NCBI GenBank assembly: GCA_047495785.1
Contig: JBLDXI010000010.1
Span: 1,426,001-1,490,000 of the forward strand
From: Lepidodermella squamata
Taxonomy: Eukaryota > Animalia > Gastrotricha
Reading direction: 5' to 3'
DNA: 64,000 nt
Made by a program: the position numbers and the translations under genes. Position 1 is the stretch's first letter, and the number at the start of each line of letters is the position of its first letter. The notes beneath the pieces were generated by a model. The model made no database searches and had not been told where the DNA came from. It was given only the letters and a program-made list of their open reading frames with translations. Positions 24,101 to 37,333 of this stretch are shown here, piece by piece.

Positions 24101-26736
24101 GTAAGCGGATGTTTCTCAAAATATCACGTAAGGCGAAACCCAAAAATTACTTGATCTACACGCGTTTCCAGTATACGGCGGCGTACATTTGCAGATATTG
24201 TAGCCAATGCAGGTTCCGCCATTCATACATCCCATGGGACAGTTAGCTGTTATTAATTGTATCGGTAAGGTTAAACACACGATTTATGACCCATTGAGGG
24301 GGAAAACAAAAGATCTTCATTGTGGAACTACTAGTAAGTTGAAGTGCGCACGCTGATCGTTGCAATGGATCGTTGCTATGACCCCGGGATAAAAAATCTT
24401 TGCCGTGCGATCCACTAGTATATTTTTGTATGGTATAACATTAGTAAAAAGTTCATATCTGAACGGAACCGACCGAGATTTACGAATCGAAACGAGCCGG
24501 AGGCGAGTTGAGATGAGTAAATCGAGTGCGGCGAGTTCAGATATAAACGATTTACGAATGTTATACCGTAAAATATCGAATTGGCCAAGCTACTCGACCT
24601 ATAATTTTGACGACAATTCTATATTTTATATTTATGACCTTGCCACACCCTCTACAGCGTAACTTATTAATCGTGGTAAATTACTGAGGACTGAGGCAAA
24701 CAAACACTTGCTGCAAGAAAATTAATGGGTCGCACGACCATAATGTATCATCCGGGAGTCACAACAACGATCGATTGACCACTAAGATATTTGCTAGGGA
24801 TTTTTTTACCATATTTTAGATTTAATGATACAGGTCAACTTTTGTGTACACATCACGCATAATCATACTTCGAAGTTTTGCTTACGTAGGTATCAATATT
24901 TTTGTTATGGGCACACCGATCAACTAGTTAATTTTGATGATGCGCATAAAGCCCAACGTAGGCCAGAACAATAAAAACGTACACACACAGCAACTAATAT
25001 GGAATCATTACCTGAAAATAACTTGCAGGTATCGCGGACATCTATTAACTGAGCAGCCGTGAGGGCGGCGGAGTGGAAAGAAACGCAAGCCATTTTCACG
25101 TCTGAAAATGCTTCAGCGGCCGGGTTTCCAAAGAGTATAGAAGGGGCGCTAAAACCAACACATTCCTAATAGTAAGGATAAGAAATATAAATGTTTTACC
25201 GGTAGCCTAGAGACAACCAAGCACTTGTCGCGGGATTATTCCCCAGTGTCTGCGTCGCTCCGAAATTCGATCCGCAAAATAAACGCAGCGTTTGAGATGT
25301 TGAGGTTTTTGTGTAAACATACGCGACGAATTGCCACTCTTGAGACAGCTGGCACGACTCAGTGTAACCTCCTGTATGAGGGTTCATCGGAGTGTAGTAA
25401 ACTACGTCGGCTGAGTTTTGAAATGCGTGGAAACCCAGTGTATTCGCAGGGTCAGTAAAGTTGTTGAATACAAAAAACGGTAGGAGTGCAACAGTCACAA
25501 AGTTTACGTAACCAGCCAAGGTCCAAGACGATGCGCCCATCGCTAGTTGGCTTGACATTATAGATATCAATTTTCCCGAGTTGATATATGAAGCAGTGCC
25601 TGGTGTGAGAAAAGGTCCCATGGTGTAAACAGGAGTTGCCGGGGTCGAAACACCATCGATTTTATTTGTAGGTTTTGCGTCTCTAGCAGCGTAATTACTG
25701 GTAAGAGGCCAATAGCCAACAAGGTTCGGTAGAGTTGCTAATTGGGCTTCAATGATACTTGTATCGATTGACGCCGAATAGGCTGTTTAATGAAAAGTGA
25801 TGAAATTCATTAACATTGGTTATCAAAGGCTGCTCACTTTGGCTGCAAGTCGGGCCAATATAAGGCGCTGGGCACTTGCACAGGTTATAGCCAGCACAAA
25901 CCCCGCCATTTACGCAAGAAACACTCGGGCATGAGGCTGCAATGAAAGAAAGTGTAAATGGGAAAGCGTCGAGGAATCAACTTACTGTAAAAAGCTCTAC
26001 AAGCATCCCTAACTTCGAGCAATTCGTCTAAAGTGAGCGCACTTTTGTAGAACGAGCCGCACGCAACTCTTCCAGTAGCTGTAGCTGTACCTGTAGAGCC
26101 CGGTGAATCCCTTCGGCCGTTATAGATTTTGTTGGTGAAAATCATCTGAGTCGCCGGGTTGGGAACAGCAGAGCTTGCAGAGAATGAGGTATCGCAGAAT
26201 ACTTTCACGGTGTTTGTATCTTTGTCGTAGACCATCCCGATGAGAACGTATTCAGCCATGTTGCAATACATGGTTACCCATTCGGAGCCGGTTCCGCCAT
26301 TAACACCAATTATATGGGTTCCAGTTTGCATGTAGTAGAATCCGTAAGTCGCAGGCGCAGGTGGGTCGTCCCATTCCAAGAACGGCATGTTATACCGATC
26401 ATCTGTATCTCGAAACTCAGTGTAAGTCCACGATGAACCGTCTCCGAAATTCAGCTGAGCACTATTGATGACTAACCATGAACTGCTTGAAAATCCAAAA
26501 CCAGCGTTATTTTGCTGAAATGCACCCTTTTGATTTGCTGTCAGTGATCCAGACGAGGCAGTGCTGGTGATTTTGTTGTGATTTTTGGCATCGTTGCCTA
26601 GGTAAGTACTGTCCCACGGCCAATAAGCTAAGCAGTAAGGCAGCGATGTTAGAGTAGCAAAGACAACGTCAGTCTCAGCTGTTGCACAGTTTGAGAAGAA
26701 GAGCAAGACGGCGATCACGTTAAACCCGCCTCCCAT
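15142..26736 (-). CDS. Paralog C, complete: same receptor architecture as B (8-EGF stalk); four introns expanded by insertions
   Basis: ATG at 26736 (MGGGFNVIAVLLFFSNCATA). Approximate exons 26736-25986, 25916-25818, 25782-25199, 25148-25012, 24246-24151, 24094-23315, 23262-22685, 22620-22502, 22450-22357, 22307-21743, 21690-21473; EGF exons 21422-21327, 21278-21183, 21131-21036, 20512-20417, 20360-20265, 20208-20113, 18308-18213, 18161-18066; then 18010-17216, 16318-16133, 16080-15864, 15809-15142. No disabling change seen. Confidence 0.88.
16947..17135. repeat. Fold-back element with arms of about 70 bp, inside an expanded intron of paralog C
   Basis: TCGTTAGCGACGTTGAATAACTCGGATTTAGGCTT...GGTGACAAGTAA (16947-17017) is the imperfect reverse complement of 17065-17135. 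The host intron is about 900 bp versus about 55 bp in B and D. Confidence 0.8.
18342..20092. mobile_element. Non-autonomous Tc1/mariner-superfamily (pogo/Tigger-like) element, 1,751 bp
   Basis: TIRs CAGTGCTCCCTCG(A/T)TA at both ends with a TA duplication (18340-18341, 20093-20094). The equivalent intron of paralog D (about 31010-31061) shows the empty site ...TTACGTAACAATGTTAGG. No transposase ORF seen. Confidence 0.9.
20577..21029. mobile_element. hAT-superfamily MITE, 453 bp
   Basis: TIRs CAGCGCTTCTCAA / TTGAGAAGCCCTG, subterminal GGGGTCGC repeats and a perfect 8-bp TSD CCTTACGG (20569-20576, 21030-21037). Absent from the equivalent introns of B and D. Confidence 0.92.
24260..25005. mobile_element. 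Composite degenerate insertion in a paralog C intron, including copy 2 of the 130-bp repeat (24418-24548)
   Basis: The intron is about 760 bp versus about 55 bp in A, D and E. It contains an inverted pair ATCGTTGCTATGACCCCGGGAT (about 24369-24390) / ATCCGGGAGTCACAACAACGAT (about 24750-24771) and the repeat shared with 14428-14560. Confidence 0.55.
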
Positions 26737-27554
26737 GGTAGATTAGTTTTACCGAATGAGCAGTTTGTACTTCAACATGCTCATTGTTTTGTTTTTAGGG
26801 TTCTCAAGACACGACGCAGTAGAAATCAAAACAAAGAGAGTTTTTTCGATGAAGTTATAATTTATTCATATAGAAACTCAGCACGGATCCGATAAAACAA
26901 CGGGGCAGGTGCCAATCCATTTTGCGTAATCCACGTGACAGATTTAGCAAGGCTCAATTGTTTTTTTAAGAAGATGAGTGGAAAATGTAAGGACCATTTT
27001 AGACCTGTGGCGTATCATTTTATGGTAAAACAGCACCAATGTTTGCACCAATAGAAAGCGTATCCGATATTGGATGGAGTCTAATAGTATGTTAGATCAG
27101 AGGCATATAAGTATTATATAACCTGATATATCCCTACCATCCCTAGCGTTACTTCGCTCATCAAGTACATCTCCAGCATAATTTCCTTGAATGATCCTCA
27201 ATTTCGGGCATGACCTGGTGGCTTAATTTTTGTAGCCTGCCATAAAGGAGTACCCGCGTATCATGGAAACCATGGTGATTTATGCGATCACATGCCTTGG
27301 AAAATCTCTCATCACCTAGACTACAATATTTTCATCGTGTCCAAACTGTTAACCACCATCGCGCCATTGAGCGTCCTTAGCGGAAATAGGCGAATAATAT
27401 GATCTAGCAGAAATTGGATAGGCTGAGCTATCATAGGCTGAGTATCATATTTTATTCATGTTTTTTAGTAAGAACGATTAGGCATTCATAAACGTACTTG
27501 GTGCGTTTTGCGATCAATAGCTTGCTATCGAGAAAATTATGTCATAAATTATTT

Positions 27555-27960
27555 CTCTTCCGCAAGCATCTCAGCTTTAGAGGTTACAGGTACTTGGCTG
27601 TAAAAGTTATGCCATGGCAAACCTGAACAAAAGCAATGAAGTAAAAATGCGGAGATTGGGCTGTTGCGTGACTACGGCGTAGTGGCTAGTGGCCAATACG
27701 CCCGATTATTCCTGGTAGTGCCGCCATCTTCTATACCAAATGAACAGTATGAATATATGCATAGAATCCGAGAATACTGTGCCGTCGCAATAAACCTTCA
27801 GCGCACCACCCGTGCTTGCATAATAGCTGTAGCCAATCACGATGTTACAAGGGTAGCCGAGCCATTCTATGCTGCCTGGCCCTGCGAAGCCGATAATGTT
27901 CGAGCCAGTTTGCCAAAACTTGATTCCATTTGTATCTGTGTTGGCGAAGTCCGGACCACA
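27555..27960 (-). pseudogene. Decayed relic of a divergent first LamG-like domain exon
   Basis: Minus-strand translation [50 protein letters not shown] aligns by eye with paralog [31 protein letters not shown]...[14 protein letters not shown]. It is bounded by stops, carries internal deletions and abuts a MITE. The extension below about 27700 is weaker. Confidence 0.75.
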
Positions 27961-27995
27961 TCAAACCTTAGAAAATAGATTCTCGGTGTTTTCCA

Positions 27996-28282
27996 TTGTA
28001 GGCCGGGTTTCGTAAGGTCAAAGTCCAAAGCATGATTCACGCTATTGAGATCATGCAGTTAGTTGTTAGAATTTTTTTTCAAATTCTTCAAATTCTCCAG
28101 ATTATTGAAATGTATCTTGAGAATGCAGGGTTATTTTGATACTGGAATTTCTAAAATAGTTTGAAAAATCTGAAAAATTTGAAAAATAAGGCTACGCATA
28201 TAACGTTACAGAATAGTGCTATTTTTAAACGTCACGCGCTATTTTTAGAATTGTACTTTGACCCTGCAAACCCGGCCTACAA
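27996..28282. mobile_element. MITE with terminal inverted repeats of about 33 bp
   Basis: TTGTAGGCCGGGTTTCGTAAGGTCAAAGTCCAA versus reverse complement of the right end TTGTAGGCCGGGTTTGCAGGGTCAAAGTACAA. AT-rich interior; possible TA TSD. Confidence 0.8.
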
Positions 28283-28690
28283 CGTCGTATTTCTTAATAT
28301 TCCCTCATGTTCTTTTCAATTATTTATCGAACCAGCTTTAGAGATATAATTATTACGGTGATCGGTGATGTATTACTGATAAGTCAAGATTCGATAGTCA
28401 AAGACATCTCGCAAGGCATTTGGCGAATGGATTCAGTTAGAATCTTTAGCTGGTCCGGCGCATTGTGACATGTGAGAAGTCTACCTGATAAACCCATGCA
28501 AATAGACTCTTTATTAATTGAAGTTTGTCGAAAAAATGATAAAATAATTATTCCAAATGAATGACTCTAATATTGTAACAGAGAAGCTGAAACAATTTTA
28601 AGCGCGTGTAATGCAGTTTCAATTGTCTCCGACTTTTCAGAACTTCCTATTACTCTCACAGTCAACCGTCTGTTGAAATCTGTTCGTTTA

Positions 28691-31600
28691 TTACGATTCA
28701 TCCTGGGCTGGTACCATTTCGCCGTCTATGTGTTGTGGCCTCTCAGTTGCTGTAGACAACGGCCTGGGTGTCTCCAAGGGATTTGCGATCAAAACATCAC
28801 CCTGCAGCGTATTCAAATAACCGGCAGCTGCTAAGCGTTCTTCTTCCTTCTTTTTCTCGACCTCTTGGAGGAACTCATCTGCGGTGAACTTGTTGCGCAC
28901 TTTGGCTCTCAGCTGTTTCAATTCCCTCGTTCGGGCTTTGTCACGGAGATATTTAGAAAAGTGGCCGAAGTTATGTCTTAGCTTTCTCAGGTCTCTCGAG
29001 AGCGTGACGTAGTCAAGACAAACAATAATGCCGATAAAGAACGCAAGGATCGCTAGAACGGTGGTAGCTGTCGCTACAGCAGTCGAGGACTCGTACGATT
29101 TTTGCTTAGCCGCAGCCTTAGGAGCGGATAGCAGAGTATTCAATGAACAGTACAACGGCTGCTTGTCCCACGTTGAGTTTTCATTGCATCTCCAGTAGGC
29201 TATGCGATTGGTCTGGTTAGGCGTGGGCTCGTATCCTTGATTCCAGTCGCATTCAAAAGCAACGACGTAGTTGTACAGGATAGTGCTCACTTCCGACGTA
29301 GAGTTCATTATGCGGTACGCCGAAATTTCGAAATTTTGTGGCATTTCGCAGCTCACATCTAAAAGGACACATTTTGACCTTATTCAATAGTGACGGTTCT
29401 AAACACTTCTTACAAAGGCAGGAAAGGGTGTTTGTGGACCAATAACCAGACTCTAAGCAAGTATTGACAACTTGGCGTAAAGGAGTGCCCTCGGTTCCGG
29501 GTTCAATGTACAAGCTAGCAGCTCCAACGACGCATTGCAATGTATACGACTCGCCGTAGTAGTAAGTCCCACTTTTCCGATCGATTATAACAGCATTTTC
29601 TTCTTCGGTCGGACTACGACACGTGACAACTTATCCGAAAAACTTCCACAATAGGAGTGAACAACTTTAGCATAAAATGTTACCTGAACATCGCGGCTGG
29701 TCGATAGGAGTCCACGTTCCGTTTGCTTGGCAGGTTTTTGTGAAATAGCTGATGGAGACATCAGGCTTGTAGCCTGGGTTGCAGCTATAGGACGCAACAC
29801 CTCCAGTTTGATTCACTGAGACATTGAAGTAAGTGTTTATTCCGAGTATGAGCGATTTACATGGCGGAACTGAAAATAAAACTCCTTAGTGAATGAGGTC
29901 TTACTGCTGTCACATCTTACGGCCGCACTGTGGTGTTCCATCCATCCAGCTCCATCCTGTTGGGGCTGTGAAAGTACACTTTGCATTGCCAGTAGTCGAG
30001 CCGGTCATGTTGAAACCGGAATTACAACTGTACTGAACGATATCGCCTTTGTAAAAATTAGGGTCACTCGTGAAGTTGACGAAGTAAGCGTTGTAGAGTT
30101 CAGGTGGGTTAGGGCAGGGCGTGGTGAGACATTTAGGCCTCCTCGCATTGATCATTAGCCAATTACCTGATGTGTCATTTTTTGTGAAAGGGTCACAAAC
30201 ATGCATCGCAGTGTCTCCTGGTGCCTCGGCTATGAATCCTTTGTCACAAACCATGATTGCTGATTGCATATAACCCGCCAAGCCATTGAACGATGATAAG
30301 GGACGAGCTGCGAGAGACCAATTCGAGTTCGGTGCTAGAGTGATTCCCAGCGGAATACTCGAGCAGTTGTTGGCTGGGTTCAGTCTCCTGCCACACGTGT
30401 ATGGGCAGGTATCTCGTGTTTCTGAACTTTTTTCGCAAAAACCTTGCGCAGCCATGTCGCCACAAGTGCAGTTTTGATCTGAGTACAATTGCGAGTCGAC
30501 ATCGCACTCACATGTTGCCCATTTCGTGCAGCTTGCTTGGCAAGATGGCCACATGAAGCCAGGATTAGAGAGGCAACTGCCTTGATCTCGCCAGGTCTGG
30601 CAGATCGGACCAATGTCGGTTTTCGGCTTCAAACATAGCGTTCGAGATGTGTATGGTGTGCACACGTCCGGGGAGGAGCAGTAAAAGCCTGTTCTGCAGA
30701 CAGGTGTACATAAATCTGTGAGAAGAAATGGAAAATAAATATCATCAACCATCTATATGTTAAGCCTTACACTCGTCGCATATTGGACCAGTGCGAAGAG
30801 CAGTGCATTGGCACTTGTCGGGTGCGATGCACGTACCGCCATTAATACAGTCGGGGTTGCAAATTGCTGCAAAGGAGATTCAATTTTTGACAAATGAATT
30901 TTCCGATTACCCTACGTGTTTGGCAGCGTGGTCCTGTCCAACCTGCAGCACATTGACATGTCCAGTCAGTCAAACAAGTCCCTCCATTTTGGCATTGCGG
31001 TGTACAAATAGCTGTGAAAAATCTCCAATTTTGTTTGTTACGTAACAATGTTAGGTACCTACCGTTCTCACAGATAGATCCAGTTCGGTTCGACGGACAT
31101 TGACACGTATTCGGATTTATGCACGTTCCTCCATTGGTACAGTTGGGATTGCAAACAGCTGAGAGTCCAACACTGTGATTTACTGGAATTTATTCATAAC
31201 TTTTGAAAGCTTACGTGTCAGGCATTTTGGTCCACGCCATTGCGAGGTACATTGGCACGTCCAATCTGTCAAGCAAGTTCCTCCATTCTGACATTGGGGC
31301 GTGCAGATTGCTATTTAACCGAGAATTTCATTCTACGGGGTACGCTACTATGTTCCAAAACTGTGAAACTCACCGTTCTCGCAAATGGATCCAGTGCGAT
31401 TCGATGGGCAGGTGCATTGATTCGGCGCCGTGCATGTGCCTCCATTCGTGCAATCAGGATTGCAAACAGCTAAAACGTAAAAATGAATCATCGCAAATAT
31501 GTATGAATCTCATAGATTTACGGATATCGCATCTAGCTCCGCGCCACTGGGACGTACATCCACAAGTCCAGTTAGTCAAACACGTAGCCCCATTCAAGCA

Positions 31601-34600
31601 ACTGGGTGTACAAATTGCTAACGGTTTCCCACAGATTTAACTGACTTTGTAAAGTAAATGTATAGCCGTACCATTTTCACAGGCAAGTCCTGTTCGGTTA
31701 GACGGGCAGGAACAATTGTTGGGAGCTATGCATGTCCCTCCATATACGCATGCCGGCGAACAGACAGCTGTAAATCACATGAGTCAGTTCAATATCTATG
31801 GGATTTCGAGCCATACGTGTTTGGCACAGCGTTCCAGACCAAGTACTCGGACACTGGCAGGTTCTGTCAAGCTTGCACGTCCCTCCATTTTGACACTCAG
31901 GCGTGCAAACAGCTGCAATCACACCTAATAAAAAGAAATTGGGATTGTTGTCGAAAACCTACGTATCGAACAATCCTGGCCTGTCCAAAGCGAGGTACAG
32001 GTGCAGTAATCCGCTCCCACGCAAGTGCCACCGTTCTTGCAAGTGACAGTGGTACAGCCGACGTAAAACATGCGGCACAAGTCTTTGACCTTCAGCAGCT
32101 CAGTAAGATTTAACTCCCGTGAGAATACAGAGACGCATGCGAAGTCGGAATTTCCTTGAGATTGAGCACTTACCGTCACCCTTTAAAAACGTATTCTGGT
32201 GATTCAGGTACTTCGAAACTGGCTAAATTCCTACCTTCTCCCAATGGCGAGCCAATCAGACGTTGGTGGTTGGTTAGCGTACGTTACGTTAGCGATAAGA
32301 GAGTCGTTGCAATACATTCTAAATATTTTCGTCGTTGCGTTGTAAGTGGCAGCAACAAACTGCCAGCGGTTAAGTATCATGCAAGTATTATTAGTGTACG
32401 GATTGTTCATAGAATTGAACCATAGCACGTTGCTCTGCTGCGCCATCCATAGATGCGTTAAAACTGTTGTGTTCGGAACGGAGAACTCGAGCAATGGAGT
32501 TTGTGGAGCCATATAACACTTCGCCCAAAGCGCAAGCGTGAACGAGTTGCCGGGATTAATCCTCGAATCGCGGGCTGAAACAAATCGATCTGTGCCTGAT
32601 GTAGCCGGCGCTAAGCGAACAGCGGTGTATGTACCACCAAAAGGCCCTGATGCGTATATTGGCTCTCTGGAAAACTCCGCATTAATTGGATTAGTAGGAT
32701 TTGCATCTCTAGCTCCGTAATCGGCCGACAAAGGCCAGTACGCAATTAGGGACGAGTATGAAGCTAAAGTTGCTGAAACGTAGCTAGTCACAATGATCTC
32801 TGTAAAATTGAACTTATTCATGGAAGTGTGTTAGCATTTCGAATCATACTCGTGTCGCAAACAGGTCCCGTCCAGCCGGAGTTGCAGGAACATACATTAT
32901 CGCCAGCACAAACCCCATTATTGCAAGAATTAGTGCATTTCTCTGCAGTGAACAATTCTATAGAATTTGATATATGAAAATTAAATTCGACTTACTTGCG
33001 AATAGGCGGCAGATAGTTTTCAACTCCATCATATCCTCCACACTCAAAACTTTGGAATGAACGGAAGCACATGCGAATCTGCCAGTCCAGGTGATTTGAG
33101 TCGGATGCACAAAACTGTATCCAAGGTAAAGTGTTGATGACGTGAGTGGGGGAGGAGAAGTCACGGTGTATGTTGTCGAGCTGAAAGAGTCGTCGCAGTA
33201 GTATCGTTGCACCTTTGTGGTTTTGTCGTAGGTTATAGCCACGAAGGTCCACTGATTGAGAACCGTGCAAGCAGCCTGAACACCACTAGGAGCTGCTGAG
33301 TAATAGTAAAGCTGATTTGTATTTCGGTGCCAAAGATACATCGCGTAAGTGCCACTCATAGCTGCTGGGTTAGACGAGTGAAGGTACTCGAATATGGGCT
33401 GAGGAGCGGCCACTGCATAGATATACGCCGTATATGTCCACGAATCAGAACTTATATTCAAGCTTGGAGATTGAAAGGTGACATAGCAATCAGGGGTACC
33501 AGAACCGGTAGTTATCGCCGTGTTCGCGTAACCGAATGGACCATCGGAGTAGGTGAGCATGTTAGAAGGGATACCGGAAACCGAGTATACCTGAGCAACG
33601 TCGGTAGCGCCAAAATCATAAGACAGTGGCCAATAAGCGACAATCCCGGCCTGAGCTTGGATTTTGTCGAGGATATAAGTGTTATCTAATGCCTCTGGAA
33701 TTCAGAATAAATAACAATTGATAACATTTATCTTAAATTTCTAACGGGTGTCACAGAGAAGACCAGTCCAAGGAGCTGGGCAATTGCAAATGCCGATTCC
33801 AACGCAAGTCCCGCCATTTTTGCAAGAGGTTCCGCTGCATATAGGCGAAAAGTACCTGCACCAGTTCTTCACAGTGTTCAGCTGAGCTGGTGATAAGGCT
33901 TGGGTGAATAGCGAGGCACACGCGAAGCGCCCACTGGCAACAGCGGCACCGGCAGATCTTGCCCCGAGGTAAAAGCTTTGCGCGGAAACGGGGGCGTACG
34001 CGACTGAGTATCCACCAAGGAATTGGTCACCGCAAAATAAGTTGAATTTTAGAGCGGTACTGTCAAAAACCACTGCAACGAATTGCCAATTAGTTACCAT
34101 AGCACAACCAAGCACGTAGCCGCCACCTGATCCTCCGGCATTGAACCACAAGGAGTTGGTTGCTGGAAGTCCAACAGTCGGAGGTATCCACTGCCAAAAG
34201 TGCATATAAGTACTCGTAGCATTGAAAAATTCAGCCAGTGGAACGGCGTTTCCGTCGTCAAGGTTCAGCCACATGCTTAGAGTAAACGAAGAGGATCCCA
34301 TGGCAAGTTTTGGAGAAGTGTAAGTCGCAAAACGATTTTGTGGCGTCCCCGCACCCAGTTCAACTGCTGTGAAAATTCCTCCAAATGGACCATCCTTAAA
34401 TTTATGCACCGTTGTGCTGGGTGTTCCGTCGATTTGATTGGTCAAACACGCATCGTCATATCCGTATTCAGAAGTAAGTGGCCAATAGGCTATCAGGCTT
34501 GGGTACAACGCGAATTGAGTACGAACGTATGCAATATCGACCATCGCTGAATTCCGAAATTAATTAATGTTTAAAGAACCAATTGGGACCTACTAGTTCT

Positions 34601-36522
34601 ACAGGCGTTTCCTGTATAAGACGGTGGACACTTGCAGATATTGTACCCGACGCAAGTTCCTCCGTTGGCGCAACCCATGGCACAATACACTTTTCATCAT
34701 GAAATATTAATAGGGCGCATTATATAGTCTGAGAAAAACATACCAGAGAAAACCTTGCAGGTTTCGCGTACTTGAATGAGCTGATCGACTGTTAGAGCTG
34801 CTGAATGAAACGACACGCACGCGAGCTTGACATCAGACGTCTTTTCAGCCCTCACCGTACCGAGACGAACGGCGGGATAACTAATAAGTATAAAAAGTTT
34901 AGGAACATCTTAAAATACGGATTCCCGAATCTATACCGATAGCCCAGAGTCATGACCTCAGTTGTCACAGCGTAGTTCGTTAAAGAGTTCACTGCACCTA
35001 CAAAGTTTGAGCCGCAGAACAACTGAATGGTATTGGAAGTTCCGGAATTCGTGAAAACCAACGCGACGAATTGCCACTGCCCCGTATTGATGCAAGGCTC
35101 AGTGTACCCTCCAGTATGTGGGTTCATCGGTGTGAAATAGATCTGATTTCCAATGGCAGTGTTGTGTGCATGCGTTCCGAAAGTATTCGCCGGGTCCACT
35201 GTCCAGTTATTGAAAGCGAAAAACGGCATATCCCCAACTGTCACGAAGTTTATGTAACCGGCCCAGGTCCATGACGAAGCGCCGCGAGACAGTGTGGGTG
35301 ATTGAATAACTATCATCCTACCAGCGTTGATATACACTGCTGTATTCGGCATGAGAAATGGCCCGTTTACATATACGGGTGTTGCAGGCGTGGAAACTCC
35401 GTCAATTTTATTGGTCGTTTTAGCATCACTCGCTGCGTAACTGCTCGTCAATGGCCAGTAACCAATCAAACTGGGCAAGCTGCTTAATTTAGTGGCGATT
35501 ACAGTTGCATCAATAGAAGCAGAGTATACTAATTTTACATCATCTTCAGCTCAAAGATATAGAGTAATTCAATATACCTAAATTGCAGGTTTGGCCGTAG
35601 TAGGGCGAGGGACATTTGCAAATGTTGTAACCAGCGCATACTCCACCGTTAACGCAGCTGTTTGAAGAGCAATCCGCTGTAAAATGAATGTGCTAGTTTG
35701 CGCGATACTACATATTAAGATTGACTCACTGTAAAAAGCCCGACAAGCGTCTTTAACTTCAAGCATTTCATCGACAGTTAGTGCTCTTTTGAAGAACGAA
35801 AGGCACGCTGTTCTAGCATTTGCCGTACCTGAACCTGTCGTCCCGGGAGAGTCTCTGAAATAATGCTATCTAGCTCTATTAATCACAAATGCTGTCTCAT
35901 ACCTTCCACCGACGTACACCCTGTTGGTGTAAATCATCAGAGAACGAGGAATCGGCATTGCTGTGATCGTTGAAAAAGTGTTGCTACAGAAAAACTTGAC
36001 TGTGTTTGATTGACTGTCGTACACTACACCGATGAATTTGATTCCACTCACGTCGCAGAACTGTGTGAACCATTCAGAACCAGTTGGGCCGTTGATGCCC
36101 ATTATGTTACTTCCTGTTTGCATATAATAGAATCCGTAGGTTGCCGGAGCAGGCGGATCGTCCCATTCAAATAAGGGCATGTTCGACCTAGCGTCAGTAT
36201 CCAGCCATTGAGTGAAGGTCCACGACGATCCGTCATTGAAATTAAGCTGGGCGTTGTTGATAAGAAACCAATAACCGGATGAAAATCTGAAAGCAGCGCT
36301 GCCCTGGCCGTAAACACCATTATCATTCGCTGTCACAGATCCAGTCGAAGAAGCGCCGTTAATCTTGTTGTTGTTCTTAGCATCTGTTCCGAGGTATGTA
36401 GAGTCCAGGGGCCAGAAGGCAAGGCAATACGGAAGCGAGGTCAAAGTTGCGTAGGCCACATCGACTTCACAGTAGGCGGTGTTGAGGAAAATTACAATTA
36501 TAATGACGACTGATACTTGCAT
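28691..36522 (-). CDS. Paralog D, complete, chimeric receptor (5' E-like, 3' B/C-like; 8-EGF stalk)
   Basis: ATG at 36522 (MQVSVVIIIVIFLNTAYC). Approximate exons 36522-35902, 35854-35731, 35677-35578, 35528-34937, 34879-34744, 34689-34590, 34546-33766, 33693-32996, 32942-32850, 32799-32235, 32181-31963, eight EGF exons in 31912-30770, then 30716-29921, 29869-29684, 29629-29413, 29358-28691 (TM VLAILAFFIGIIVCL). Confidence 0.9.
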
Positions 36523-37333
36523 CGCTTACTTCAGTCTCAATAAAAAACCGTCTGTCTTGGGTGGATACTGTACAAAATCTGGGTCTATTGGCCATTATAC
36601 TGAAATCTTGTTAGCAGCGCCGCGGTGAATCTTAATAATTTATATCCTCGCAAAACAATAACAAATTACTGGGAGCACTTGCAAAAACACAAGTGGGGCA
36701 GGCTGTGAATGGTGAATCACGCGGGTTATAAAGAAAAATCAATAAAACCTACGTACGTCGCCCTGGCACCAGGAAGATGAAAGATTCATTATGTCTGCGC
36801 CAATTCCTGGTTTGCGATAATATGACAGGTAACAAAATACAGTTTTCAAAATCATGATTTTGCTGCGAGCTCAATTAATTTCTCTCCTTCCATTTATTCA
36901 GAATAATCTTCTATAATATAAAATCTAAATGCTTCATCGTCAGGGTGCGACAGTACAGGGGTGCTGGGGTGTCGCAACACGTAGTAGCGTAGTCGCGCCT
37001 CGCGCCGCAGTTTCATTGCACTTTCATTGAAAAACGGTTGAATAAATCGCTAAGCCATCGCCCCTGACGGTTTCTCCAACGGCCTTGAAACTCTGAGACG
37101 GGGTTGATATATTCATATTTTTATATTCCTTATAATATCGTTAACACCATAAGTTTCTCTGGTATAAATGGCGAAGCCGCAAAATTGTTCATAAAAGACA
37201 GTAATAAGCTATACTTGAGTTCGTATTCGGCGGTTTTACTTTCCTCATCCCATCATTGCAAACATGTTTTACTACTACAATCACTCTCAATGCATTCTCA
37301 CATATATGAACCAGTCATTTGCCGGAAGTTAAC

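Noticed and set aside
27664-27978. Plus-strand 104-aa ORF
   Set aside because: Antisense to the LamG1 relic, which explains the sequence better.
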